A stretch of DNA of 64,000 bases from Patescibacteria group bacterium (GTDB lineage: Bacteria; Patescibacteriota; Patescibacteriia; JAXHNJ01): positions 196,964 to 260,963 of the forward strand of contig JBAZMP010000002.1 in the NCBI GenBank assembly GCA_041649715.1, in the 5' to 3' direction. Below the pieces are notes generated by a model that saw only the letters and a program-made list of their open reading frames with translations, was not told the DNA's origin and did not search any database. The position numbers and the translations under genes are program-made. Of the stretch, positions 46,531-55,827 are shown in pieces. The first letter of the stretch is position 1; each line of letters opens with the position of its first letter.

Positions 46531-47241
46531 ATGAAGCCAATCGAACTCTCTCTCATCTTAACGCTATACAATGAAGGACCGACTTTGCCGGCCAGTCTGG
46601 GGCGTATTTATAATCTTTTAAACCAATCCGGCCTGGTTTACGAAATAATTATTATTGACGATCGGGGTCAGGATGAATCTTGCGCCTTGGCCCAGGATTT
46701 CTGCCTGAAGCAGGATAATTGCCAGCTTTATCAAAATGCCGTTAATCTTGGCCGGGGCGGCGCGGTTTCCCGGGGCATGAGAATGGCCAAGGGGCGTGTG
46801 GTCGGTTTTATCGATACTGACCTAGAACTCTCACCCGAGAGGATACCCGAAGCCGCAAGAATGATTTTGAAAGGTGAAGTTGATGTGGTGACGGGGAAAA
46901 GGAATTATACCTTTGGGCCGGCCTCACACTTGCGCTGGATTTTGACAAAAGGGTATCACGAGCTGGTTAGATTAATCTTGAACCTCCCCCTTAAAGATAC
47001 GGAAACGGGCTTTAAATTTTTTAACCGGGAAAAAATCCAGCCTGTGCTTGAAAAGGTCCAAGACAAGCGCTGGTTCTGGGATACGGAAATCATGGCCAGA
47101 AGCTTTAATGCCGGTTTAAAAATTAAAGAAATTGAAGTATTATATAAGAGAAAGATGGACAAGAAAACAAGCGTCAGGTTCTTCCGGGATTCCCTGGCCT
47201 ACTTGGGGAAATTAGTCCGCTTCAAATTCAAAAAGAAATAA
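46531..47241 (+). CDS. GT2 glycosyltransferase, dolichyl-phosphate glucose/mannose synthase-like
   Basis: YNE, IIDD, NLGRG, DTDL, DTETGFKFF, WFWDTE. Confidence 0.9.
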   Translation: MKPIELSLILTLYNEGPTLPASLGRIYNLLNQSGLVYEIIIIDDRGQDESCALAQDFCLKQDNCQLYQNAVNLGRGGAVSRGMRMAKGRVVGFIDTDLELSPERIPEAARMILKGEVDVVTGKRNYTFGPASHLRWILTKGYHELVRLILNLPLKDTETGFKFFNREKIQPVLEKVQDKRWFWDTEIMARSFNAGLKIKEIEVLYKRKMDKKTSVRFFRDSLAYLGKLVRFKFKKK

Positions 47242-47244
47242 TAT

Positions 47245-49992
47245 ATGTCCTCTAATAAAAGTTTACCTGTAAATAAGGAGGAGAAAAAAACCCGAAGCGG
47301 CCTTCGCTTTCTTTGGTTTTTTCTTTTTACCCTTTTTGGCGGCGCCTTAATTTTTGCCGCCTTTTATATGATGGCTAGGGTCTATTACGGCTATTATCCT
47401 CCGCTCGGCAATGATTTTTATCACTCTTTTAATTTATCGAATTATTTCAAAGATAATTTAACCTGGCCGCCGGGCAGCTGGCGGTATATCTGGCAGTACG
47501 GCGGACCGACGATTATCGCCTATCCCTGGCTAAATTTTTACCTGGTTCAACCGGTTATCCATTTTTTCGGAGTTTTCCAAGGGACGATGTATTATTTTTT
47601 GGCCACTCTTTTTCTTTACGGTTTTTTCGCCTATTTTCTTTTTTACCGTTTATGCAAATCATATCTGGTTTCAATTGGTCTAGCCGTAGCTCTGCTTTGG
47701 TCGGCCAGCACCTGGCGGCTGCTTATTGCCGGTTCCCTGACCTTGACCGCTAACCAGCTTTTCCTTATTTTGACTTTGCTATTAATCTTTATTTATCTCC
47801 AGAATAAGAAATTAATATATTTATTGCTCTCGGCCATGGTGGCCGGTATCTCGATCATCAGTCAGTCAGGGAGCGGCTCTCCCTTTATCGTGCCCTTGGG
47901 TTTTTTAATTATTTGGGGTACCTGGGGAGAAAAAGAGGGGTTCTGGCGGGCCAGCAAGATAAAACACAGTTTAATCTATCTTCTTGTCGCCGGATTAATG
48001 GCCAGTTACTACTTATATTTCACGTTTATTAACGTTCTCGCCTCCCGAGCCACTCGGGAAATATCCGATTGGATAACAAAAGAAGCCTTCACTTCCATCA
48101 TCACTAAAACCAATCCGATGATATTGGTTCTTTTCGTCATATTATTACCAGTTGTAATAATCGGAAAAAAACTAAAAGTCAGCTTAAGGAAAATAATGCC
48201 GGTAATATTTGCCTTTTTGTATCTTATTCTTTTTAATTTGGCCACGGTCATCGGCATTAATCCTTATAGCTCTTCTTTGCCGCCGCCGGAGAACTGGTTT
48301 ATACTGACGCTTTTAATCGCCTTAGCGGTGGCTATTTTCTGGGGAGAAGCCAAAGAAGTGATAAGGAGTCATAGCCGTCAGTGGCTTGTCGGTTTTATCA
48401 CCCTGGCAATATTTTTGCTTCTTCTGACTCCTTTCGGTTATTGGCAAAGCCTAAACATCTTACAGACTTATGATAAAAGTAACGCCGTGGCGGGTGCGCC
48501 GGCTGACGCAATTCATCAGGCCGTCGTTAAGGGGGATTTTACTGCTTTGGAAAAAGCGATACCCGACTGGGTGGATAAGAATAATATCAATGAACGTATC
48601 TTTTCCTCGGGCTTGGATTTGTGGTGGAACGCCATCTATAAAACTCCCCTGACCGGCGGTTATGACCAGGTTCTAGTCAATGATATCAACACCAATTATA
48701 TCAATTGGACCAACGAATTATTCAACGGCAGTCAGCTGAAGAGGGGTTTACCCGCGGCCATCGCTAAAAACAGCCTGCTCTTTCATATTGACTGGCTGGC
48801 TATCCGTAATATTGAATTCGTGTCTGGCTTCTCTTATTATGACGATCCGGATATCGTCGATTTGGGCCATCGACTCGGGGATTATCAGATCTTAGGGGTC
48901 AATAAAAATAATTTTTCCCCGATTATCCGGCCGACTAATACCCCGAGTTTGTTAGTGGTGGCTGATCAGGAGGGTTACGATACCATCTTGAGAATTTTGG
49001 CTCAGGAAAATCTTAATTCCCGCTATATTATTCCGATCAAAGGCCCGGAATACATTGATAAGCTGAGCGATCATGATTTAATGCCTTTTGACGCGGTACT
49101 GCTTTATGATTATCACTATAAAAAAGAGAAAAATTTTCAGAAAGTTCCCCAAGAGCCCTGGCAGAAACTGGCGGCCTATGTGAAGGCGGGGGGTAAGCTG
49201 TTTATCGAGGGAGGCTCGGACGTCAAGGAATCGGATATCAGTAATCTGCCCGACGGGACTTTGCCGGAGGTTTTTCCGGTGGCCAGAACTACTCGTGATC
49301 AACTAGGCAGTGAGTGGCAAACCGAGATTAAAGACAACAGTCTGTTTTCAGGGATTGCCGTTAAGGATTTTGGCAAACTTCTATATCAGGATTCCCCCTG
49401 GAAACTTTCTTATGCCGACCTTAATCAAGTTAAAGACGGAGCAGAAGTTATTTTGACCCAAAAAGGAGAGGCGGTTTTAGCTCAACAAAAATTGGGCCAG
49501 GGCGAAGTGATCTGGTCGGGTTTAAATCTCCCTTATCACATCCAGAGCTATAACAATTTAGCAGAGAGTCATTTATTTAACCATCTTTTAGGTAAGCTAG
49601 TCATTTTAAAAGAAGAAGAGTTATCGCCCTTTGATTGGCAGAGGCCGACGGCGGAAAATATCATGATCGGCGCGGGAAATTACAAGGGTGTGCTTTTCAA
49701 AGAGTATTTTTATCCCGGCTGGCAGGCCAAGCAAGGCCAGGATGACTTAAAAATATACTCGGCTGGTTTTGACTTCATGTATATTCCCGTCCGTAACCAA
49801 GCTCCGTTCAGTCTTCATTACAAAGGAGACGCGAAATACTGGATCATGTTTATTATTTCTTTAGTGACTATCTTTTTAATCTTGATTTATCTGGTGTTCG
49901 GTCGGGGCCTAAGCCTTGCTTGCCGAAAATTATTCCGATTAAATAAAATAAAGAAAAAAACCACCTCCTGGTGGGAAAAAGATGAAGAATGA
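47245..49992 (+). CDS. GT-C-like membrane protein D
   Basis: PLGND...WRYIWQYGGP, YVKAGG, EYFYPGW, C-terminal TM and WWEKDEE. Confidence 0.78.
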   Translation: MSSNKSLPVNKEEKKTRSGLRFLWFFLFTLFGGALIFAAFYMMARVYYGYYPPLGNDFYHSFNLSNYFKDNLTWPPGSWRYIWQYGGPTIIAYPWLNFYLVQPVIHFFGVFQGTMYYFLATLFLYGFFAYFLFYRLCKSYLVSIGLAVALLWSASTWRLLIAGSLTLTANQLFLILTLLLIFIYLQNKKLIYLLLSAMVAGISIISQSGSGSPFIVPLGFLIIWGTWGEKEGFWRASKIKHSLIYLLVAGLMASYYLYFTFINVLASRATREISDWITKEAFTSIITKTNPMILVLFVILLPVVIIGKKLKVSLRKIMPVIFAFLYLILFNLATVIGINPYSSSLPPPENWFILTLLIALAVAIFWGEAKEVIRSHSRQWLVGFITLAIFLLLLTPFGYWQSLNILQTYDKSNAVAGAPADAIHQAVVKGDFTALEKAIPDWVDKNNINERIFSSGLDLWWNAIYKTPLTGGYDQVLVNDINTNYINWTNELFNGSQLKRGLPAAIAKNSLLFHIDWLAIRNIEFVSGFSYYDDPDIVDLGHRLGDYQILGVNKNNFSPIIRPTNTPSLLVVADQEGYDTILRILAQENLNSRYIIPIKGPEYIDKLSDHDLMPFDAVLLYDYHYKKEKNFQKVPQEPWQKLAAYVKAGGKLFIEGGSDVKESDISNLPDGTLPEVFPVARTTRDQLGSEWQTEIKDNSLFSGIAVKDFGKLLYQDSPWKLSYADLNQVKDGAEVILTQKGEAVLAQQKLGQGEVIWSGLNLPYHIQSYNNLAESHLFNHLLGKLVILKEEELSPFDWQRPTAENIMIGAGNYKGVLFKEYFYPGWQAKQGQDDLKIYSAGFDFMYIPVRNQAPFSLHYKGDAKYWIMFIISLVTIFLILIYLVFGRGLSLACRKLFRLNKIKKKTTSWWEKDEE
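49086..49281 (+). repeat. 196-bp direct repeat, copy 1 (copy 2 at 51841-52036)
   Basis: Hand alignment: 16 differences in 196 nt, no gaps. Confidence 0.85.
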
Positions 49993-52756
49993 GATTAAAA
50001 AAGAAAAGAAGAGCTTTTGGCGGGCTAAGCCGGTTTCGATGTTTGCCCACCTGATTTTAATCGTCCTGACCGGCCTTTCTTTTTGGCCTTTCGCGAGTTT
50101 TTACTACCACCATGTGACCCCATTGGGAGGGGATTTTTACCAAACTTCCTCTTATTTCGGCTATTTCTATCGTTTTGCCACTTGGCCGCCGATGCTTTGG
50201 AAATATATCTGGTTCAATGGCCTGCCGGCCGTTTTTGACTATCCCTGGTTGCATATGTATTTAGGGGCGCCCTTGCTTAATTTTTTTACCAGCGTCACCG
50301 CCAATCGGATTTATTCCCTGGCGACACTTTTTTTGTTTTTTGTCTTCAGTTATGCCCTATTTAATAAACTCTCTAAAAATAAAATATTTGCCGTTTTCCT
50401 GGCGAGTCTCTTAATTTGGTCACGCGGTATTTATGTGAATTTGTTCGGCGCGGGCGCTGGCGCCTTTTCCGCCACCATGCTTTTTACGCCGCTCGTTTTT
50501 TATTTATTATTGAAATATTTCGACCGGGGGCAGGCTAAATGGTTGTTGATGGCGGCCGTTTTAAGCGGTCTTTCGGTCGCCGGACATCAGGGGATGAGTG
50601 GTTTATTCGTTTTTATCCCTAGTCTTATTCTTCTCTTCTTTAATAGTGATCCGAATCATAAATTTTTCTCGGGCAAGAAATTCAAGGATCTATTCCTTTA
50701 CCTCCTTTTTTTCCTGCTCTCGGGGGGCTTGGCTTTATACCCGTATATCTTGGCTTTTTTGGGTTCGCTATTTGGTTTTGAAACTATGCTGGAGACGGCC
50801 ACTCAGGCTTGGGCCAAGAAAGACGCTCTGCCCGGGCTTTTTACTTTTACCAACCCCGCTTTTTATTTTACTTCGGGTCTGCTGATTATTTTTATTCTGC
50901 TCCGGAAGAAATTTAGGGAGGCGCTAAAAAAATCCCTAGGTTTCATTATTTTAAGCCTTTATGTGATTATTTATGAAGTCCTGATGTACTACGGGAAAAA
51001 CTTCTTTGCCGAAACCTTAGGGTCGGATCGCGCCTTTTGGTTTTTCCCTCTGGCCTTAGGGGGAATACTGGCGATTTTTTTTCAAAAGATTAGGGCGGAA
51101 AAAAACGCCCAGGTAAAAGTATCTTTCGGCTTTATTTTAAAGGGTTTGGCCATTGCGGCGGTAGCTACCGGCTTTATTTTTGCGCCCAGCATTTACTGGG
51201 TCGTGAGGAATACGACTGGCTTATCCGTTATTACCACCCCGGCGGAGAACCTGATGGCACACCCCAATGAGGCTAACAAAGAGGAGGTGATGCCGGATTG
51301 GTTGGATACGGCGGATAAAAACCACCGTTTGCACACGGCCGGCGCCATGAACATCTGGTGGAATGCCCTGTACGATCTGCCATTGACCGGCGGTTATGCT
51401 GACCCCGAAGGGCCGAAAATGCGCGCTTATAAGTATTGGCGGGATACTTCCATGACCGGGGAGGCCATGGAGCATTTCAAGCAGCCGGAGCCGATTGCCA
51501 AGAATTACGCCTTTTTCTTGATTGATTGGTATGCCATCAAATATATCGAATACTCGAGCGGCAGTTATGCCGCGCCTTCCTATCTTTATACCAATCCGGA
51601 TTTTGTGGCCAAAGAGCAGCTGATGCCCCAAACCGGCTACCATTTTTACCAGGCCAAGGATCAATATTACTCACCGATTGTCAGGCCGACCAATGCCCCT
51701 ACGGTTCTAATCATTTCGACCCAGGAAAGTTATAATACCTTACTGCGCATCATCGCCATGGAAAATATTAATTCCCAATCCCTTATTCCGATTCGTTATT
51801 CCCAATATATTGATGATCTAACTAAAGTTAATTTGAATGATTTTGACGCGGTCTTGCTCTATGATTACCATTATAAAAAAGAGAAAAATTTTCAGAAAGT
51901 TCCCCAAGAGCCTTGGCAGAAACTGGCGGCTTATGTGAAGACGGGGGGCAAGCTATTTATAGAGGGAGGCTCGGATGTCAAGGAGTCGGATATTGGTAAT
52001 CTGCCCGACGGGACTTTGCCTGAGGTTTTTCCGGTGACTAAAACTCAGCGCGAAGATCTGGGCTCGGTCTGGCAATTGGCCATTAAAGAGCCCGATTTGC
52101 TGAAAAACATTAATCCGCAGAAATTTGACGCTTTAGTCTACCAGGACGGTCCCTGGAATCTTTCTTACGCGGAACCGGCGGCGATAAAATCCGGCGCGCA
52201 AATCGTTTTGACCCAAAATGATAAGGCCATTTTAGTGCAGGAAAATTTGGGTCAGGGTCAGGTGCTTTGGTCGGGGATGAATCTGCCCTACCACATTAAA
52301 AGCTATAACAACATTGAAGAAGGCAGGCTTTTCCGGGTCCTATTAAATTCCTTAGTGACCCTGGCGCCAGAAACTCCCCCGCCTTTTAGCTTGGAAAGAA
52401 ATAAATCAGAAGAGATTAAGATCACCAGCCAAAATTTCAAAGGCATTCTTTTCAAGGAAACCTATTACGGCGGCTGGCGGGCTACCCTTTCCGGCGAGAA
52501 AAAGAAGCCTTACGAGGCCGGGGTGGGCATGATGTATTTTCCCTTGGGCAGCGACAAAAATGCGACCGTCGAGGTTTACTACCGGGGTTTGTTTATTTAT
52601 TGGTTGTTGTTCGGGCTAATGATTTTCTCGATCGTCTTCGCGCTCTTCAGTTTGATTTTCGGGGAAAAATTGAACGCTGTCTTTAAAAAACTATTTCGCG
52701 TGGAAAAGATTAAAAAGAAGACCACGTCTTGGTGGGAAAAAGATGAACAGGAATAA
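49982..52756 (+). CDS. GT-C-like membrane protein E
   Basis: PLGGD...WKYIWFNGLP, YVKTGG, ETYYGGW, C-terminal TM and WWEKDEQE. Confidence 0.78.
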   Translation: MKNEIKKEKKSFWRAKPVSMFAHLILIVLTGLSFWPFASFYYHHVTPLGGDFYQTSSYFGYFYRFATWPPMLWKYIWFNGLPAVFDYPWLHMYLGAPLLNFFTSVTANRIYSLATLFLFFVFSYALFNKLSKNKIFAVFLASLLIWSRGIYVNLFGAGAGAFSATMLFTPLVFYLLLKYFDRGQAKWLLMAAVLSGLSVAGHQGMSGLFVFIPSLILLFFNSDPNHKFFSGKKFKDLFLYLLFFLLSGGLALYPYILAFLGSLFGFETMLETATQAWAKKDALPGLFTFTNPAFYFTSGLLIIFILLRKKFREALKKSLGFIILSLYVIIYEVLMYYGKNFFAETLGSDRAFWFFPLALGGILAIFFQKIRAEKNAQVKVSFGFILKGLAIAAVATGFIFAPSIYWVVRNTTGLSVITTPAENLMAHPNEANKEEVMPDWLDTADKNHRLHTAGAMNIWWNALYDLPLTGGYADPEGPKMRAYKYWRDTSMTGEAMEHFKQPEPIAKNYAFFLIDWYAIKYIEYSSGSYAAPSYLYTNPDFVAKEQLMPQTGYHFYQAKDQYYSPIVRPTNAPTVLIISTQESYNTLLRIIAMENINSQSLIPIRYSQYIDDLTKVNLNDFDAVLLYDYHYKKEKNFQKVPQEPWQKLAAYVKTGGKLFIEGGSDVKESDIGNLPDGTLPEVFPVTKTQREDLGSVWQLAIKEPDLLKNINPQKFDALVYQDGPWNLSYAEPAAIKSGAQIVLTQNDKAILVQENLGQGQVLWSGMNLPYHIKSYNNIEEGRLFRVLLNSLVTLAPETPPPFSLERNKSEEIKITSQNFKGILFKETYYGGWRATLSGEKKKPYEAGVGMMYFPLGSDKNATVEVYYRGLFIYWLLFGLMIFSIVFALFSLIFGEKLNAVFKKLFRVEKIKKKTTSWWEKDEQE

Positions 52757-52771
52757 ACGGGCAAGAAATTT

Positions 52772-54238
52772 ATGAAAATACTTTTTGTTATCCCGGAACT
52801 TCTATTAAGCGAACCCTTAGGTTTAATGCGGCTTTCGGCGGATTGCAAAAAATACGGTCACCAAACCAAATTGGCCGTCTTAAAGAAAGATTCGATCATC
52901 CAAAAAATCGAAGAATTCCAGCCCGTCCTGATCGGCTACAGCACCATGACACCTGATGCGCCTCTTTTTAAAGAGGCGGATGAACTCGTTCAAAAATGGC
53001 GCCGGCGGACCGGCCGGAAAGTATACAGGATCATGGGCGGTCCCCACCCGACTTTTTATCCCGAAGTTTTAAGTGAATTGAATCTTGAGGCGATTTGTCT
53101 CGGGGAGGGTGACCGGGCGATCATAGAGATAATAAAAAGAATAGAAAAGGGCGAGAATTTTTCCGGTATTCCCAATGTGATGAGTCAAGCCAGCAAATCG
53201 GTCCAATTGGAATTAATCGACAATTTAGACGCTCTGCCTTTTGCCGACCGCGATATTATTTATGAAGCAGCTCCTTACTATCGTTCCGCGGCATTGCGGT
53301 CTTTTTTAACCGCTCGGGGCTGCCCCTATAATTGCACCTATTGTTATAATCATCTTTACAATAAAATGTTTGGGGGTTGCGGGACGATTATGCGACGAAG
53401 GTCGGTGGCCAATGTAATTGAAGAAATAAAAAAGGTGATTAGGGAGTATCCCCCCGTCCGTTTTATCCGTTTCGCGGACGATACTTTCGTCCATCAGGTC
53501 GATGACTGGCTGAAGGAATTTGCCCGCCGGTATAAAAAAGAAATAAATCTTCCTTTTTATTGCATTACGCGTTCAAACACGATCACGGAAGAAGGGGCGA
53601 AAATCCTAAAAGAGGCGGGTTGCCACTCTATCGGTATGGCGGTGGAAACGGGCGATGAGGCGGTGAGAAACCGGATTTTAAAAAGAAATCTGCCTAATGA
53701 GGTCGTGATCAGATCTTTTGCGATCACCCGTAAATATCATTTTAAGACTTACGGCAACACCATGCTGGCTATTCCCGGTACGACGACCAAACAAGATTTT
53801 GACTCTTTTATTTTCATGAAGAAATTAAGGTTATCCGCCCCCACCTTTGGCATTTTTTCGCCTTATCCCAATACCGAGCTGACGGATTATGCCCTCCAAA
53901 AGGGGTTTTTAAAGGATAAATTCACTCCCACCAAATACGGCTTGAAATCGGTCTTGAACAACTATACGGAAGACGAGAAAGATTGGCAGATTAGGCTGGC
54001 GTATTTGGGCCCGTTATTTTGCGCCTTGCCCGATTTTTTCCTCCCCGTATTCAAATTCTTGCTTAAACTGAAGTTGACGAAGTTTTACATATGGATCGGT
54101 TCAATCTACACCAGCTATATCACTTACGCCAAAACATTCCCCGGCATTTTACCGCGCCAGCCGGTAAAGTTATTTAAGATCGTGAGGGACGCCGTTCGTT
54201 ATTCTCGGCCCGAGGCCGAGGAAAAAATCAGAAATTGA
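52772..54238 (+). CDS. B12-binding radical SAM protein 4
   Basis: EPLG, GGPHPT, GEGD, RGCPYNCTYC, DDTF, VETG, PYPNT. Confidence 0.92.
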   Translation: MKILFVIPELLLSEPLGLMRLSADCKKYGHQTKLAVLKKDSIIQKIEEFQPVLIGYSTMTPDAPLFKEADELVQKWRRRTGRKVYRIMGGPHPTFYPEVLSELNLEAICLGEGDRAIIEIIKRIEKGENFSGIPNVMSQASKSVQLELIDNLDALPFADRDIIYEAAPYYRSAALRSFLTARGCPYNCTYCYNHLYNKMFGGCGTIMRRRSVANVIEEIKKVIREYPPVRFIRFADDTFVHQVDDWLKEFARRYKKEINLPFYCITRSNTITEEGAKILKEAGCHSIGMAVETGDEAVRNRILKRNLPNEVVIRSFAITRKYHFKTYGNTMLAIPGTTTKQDFDSFIFMKKLRLSAPTFGIFSPYPNTELTDYALQKGFLKDKFTPTKYGLKSVLNNYTEDEKDWQIRLAYLGPLFCALPDFFLPVFKFLLKLKLTKFYIWIGSIYTSYITYAKTFPGILPRQPVKLFKIVRDAVRYSRPEAEEKIRN

Positions 54239-54255
54239 ACTAAAACCGGAAAGGG

Positions 54256-54924
54256 GTGGGGCGAGAAATAAAATTTATGGTTGATCAAGAAAAATTAGAC
54301 AAGAAGCATGCCGAGGTGCCGCCGGATTATTACGAGGTCGGCTTAGCCAAAAATTTTTGGCAGAAGATTTGGCATCGCCGCCGGCTCAAAACGCTTTTAT
54401 CCCTGGTCCCAAGGCGGAAAGTTAGGTATCTGGATATCGGCTGTCACGGGGGTTTTTTGATGAATCAAGTGGCGAATCAATTAGGCGAAGTCGAGGGGCA
54501 TGGAGTGGATATTTCTCCCGCCAGTATCGCCTATTGTAAAAAAAAGTATCCGCGGTTTAATTATCAGGTGGCTGACGCTTTAAGCCTGCCTTTTCCTAAC
54601 GACTCTTTTGATTTTATCACCTGTTTTGAGGTTATTGAACATTTGGTTGAACCGAAGAAAGCGCTTTATGAAATGAGACGGGTTTTGAAAAAAGACGGGG
54701 AGATTATGGTCCTGATGCCGACGGAAAGTCTGATTTTTCGTGTTATTTGGTTTGTCTGGACGCGGTTGGGGCGGGGCAAAGTTTGGCACGAGACACATCT
54801 CAACAAGATAAAATCCCGCGATTTGGCACCATTGCTTCAAACGATGGGTTTTGCTATAATCAAAAGACAAAAATCACACGGCGGCATGCTCTTGGCCCTT
54901 AAGGCGCGCTTAATGAATAAATAA
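54256..54924 (+). CDS. Class I SAM-dependent methyltransferase
   Basis: LDIGCHGG, GVDIS, LPFPNDSFD, EVIEHL. The ATG at 54277 is an alternative start. Confidence 0.9.
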   Translation: MGREIKFMVDQEKLDKKHAEVPPDYYEVGLAKNFWQKIWHRRRLKTLLSLVPRRKVRYLDIGCHGGFLMNQVANQLGEVEGHGVDISPASIAYCKKKYPRFNYQVADALSLPFPNDSFDFITCFEVIEHLVEPKKALYEMRRVLKKDGEIMVLMPTESLIFRVIWFVWTRLGRGKVWHETHLNKIKSRDLAPLLQTMGFAIIKRQKSHGGMLLALKARLMNK

Positions 54925-54931
54925 ATATTCT

Positions 54932-55639
54932 ATGAAAATAGGTTTACTCATCGGCACTTATAATGAAGCGGAAAATATCAAGAATATCGTGGCGGCCGTT
55001 TTCAGCCAAAACATCGCCGGTTTGGAAATTGTCATTATAGACGATAATTCTCCGGACGGCACGGGTCAAATCGCCGACGGACTAAAAAGCCAGGACCGGC
55101 GCGTTCATGTCATCCACCGGCCGAGCAAACTCGGTTTGGGCACCGCCTATATCGCGGGCATAAAATACGCTTTTGAAAGAGGAGCTGAATATATTATAGA
55201 AATGGACGCGGATTTTTCGCATGATCCCAAACGTTTGCCCGTCATGATTGAAAGATTGGAGAAAGACGCGGATGTGGTTATCGGTTCGCGTTTTGTCGAA
55301 TGGGGAAAAAACGACGTGGATTTTATCCGGCGAGTCGTCAGCCGGTTCGGCGGGATTTACACCCGTTTAGTTTTAGGCCCGCCCATCAATGATTTCACCG
55401 GCGGCTTTAACGCTTTCCGGCGGAAGGTTCTGGAAAGCATCGGTCTGGAAAAAATACGCGCCTCAAATTTTTCTTTTCACATTGAGACCAAATACCGGGC
55501 TTACAAAAAAAAATTCCGCGTCGTCGAAATACCTATTATTTTTCCCCGCCGAAAATCGGGGAAAACAAAATTTTATTTCCGGATGCTTTTGGAAAGCATG
55601 TGGTCGGTCTTGAAATTGAGATTCCGAAAAATAGATTGA
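54932..55639 (+). CDS. Polyprenol-phosphate mannose synthase-like GT2 (DPM1-like)
   Basis: TYNEAEN, IDDNSPDGT, KLGLGTAY, MDADFSHDP, DFTGGF. Confidence 0.93.
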   Translation: MKIGLLIGTYNEAENIKNIVAAVFSQNIAGLEIVIIDDNSPDGTGQIADGLKSQDRRVHVIHRPSKLGLGTAYIAGIKYAFERGAEYIIEMDADFSHDPKRLPVMIERLEKDADVVIGSRFVEWGKNDVDFIRRVVSRFGGIYTRLVLGPPINDFTGGFNAFRRKVLESIGLEKIRASNFSFHIETKYRAYKKKFRVVEIPIIFPRRKSGKTKFYFRMLLESMWSVLKLRFRKID

Positions 55640-55708
55640 TTTTTCGTTTTTTTTGTGCTATAATTTGGGTAAATTTGGCTTATATTCGCCAAAAAGCGCG
55701 TTTTTAGG

Positions 55709-55785
55709 GGGCGCGTAGCTCAGTTGGTTAGAGCGTACGGTTCACATCCGTAAGGTCATAGGTCCGACTCCTATCGCGCCCACCA
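55709..55785 (+). tRNA. tRNA-Val(CAC)
   Basis: GGGCGCG/CGCGCCC acceptor, TACGG-TTCACAT-CCGTA anticodon arm, encoded CCA. T-loop reads TCCGACT. Confidence 0.93.
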
Positions 55786-55827
55786 TTGATAAAGAATCTA
55801 AAAATAGATAAAAAATTAATTAAAATT

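Noticed and set aside
49086-52036. Diversity-generating retroelement TR/VR pair
   Set aside because: Differences are mostly synonymous and not adenine-specific, both copies are mid-gene, and no reverse transcriptase is present.
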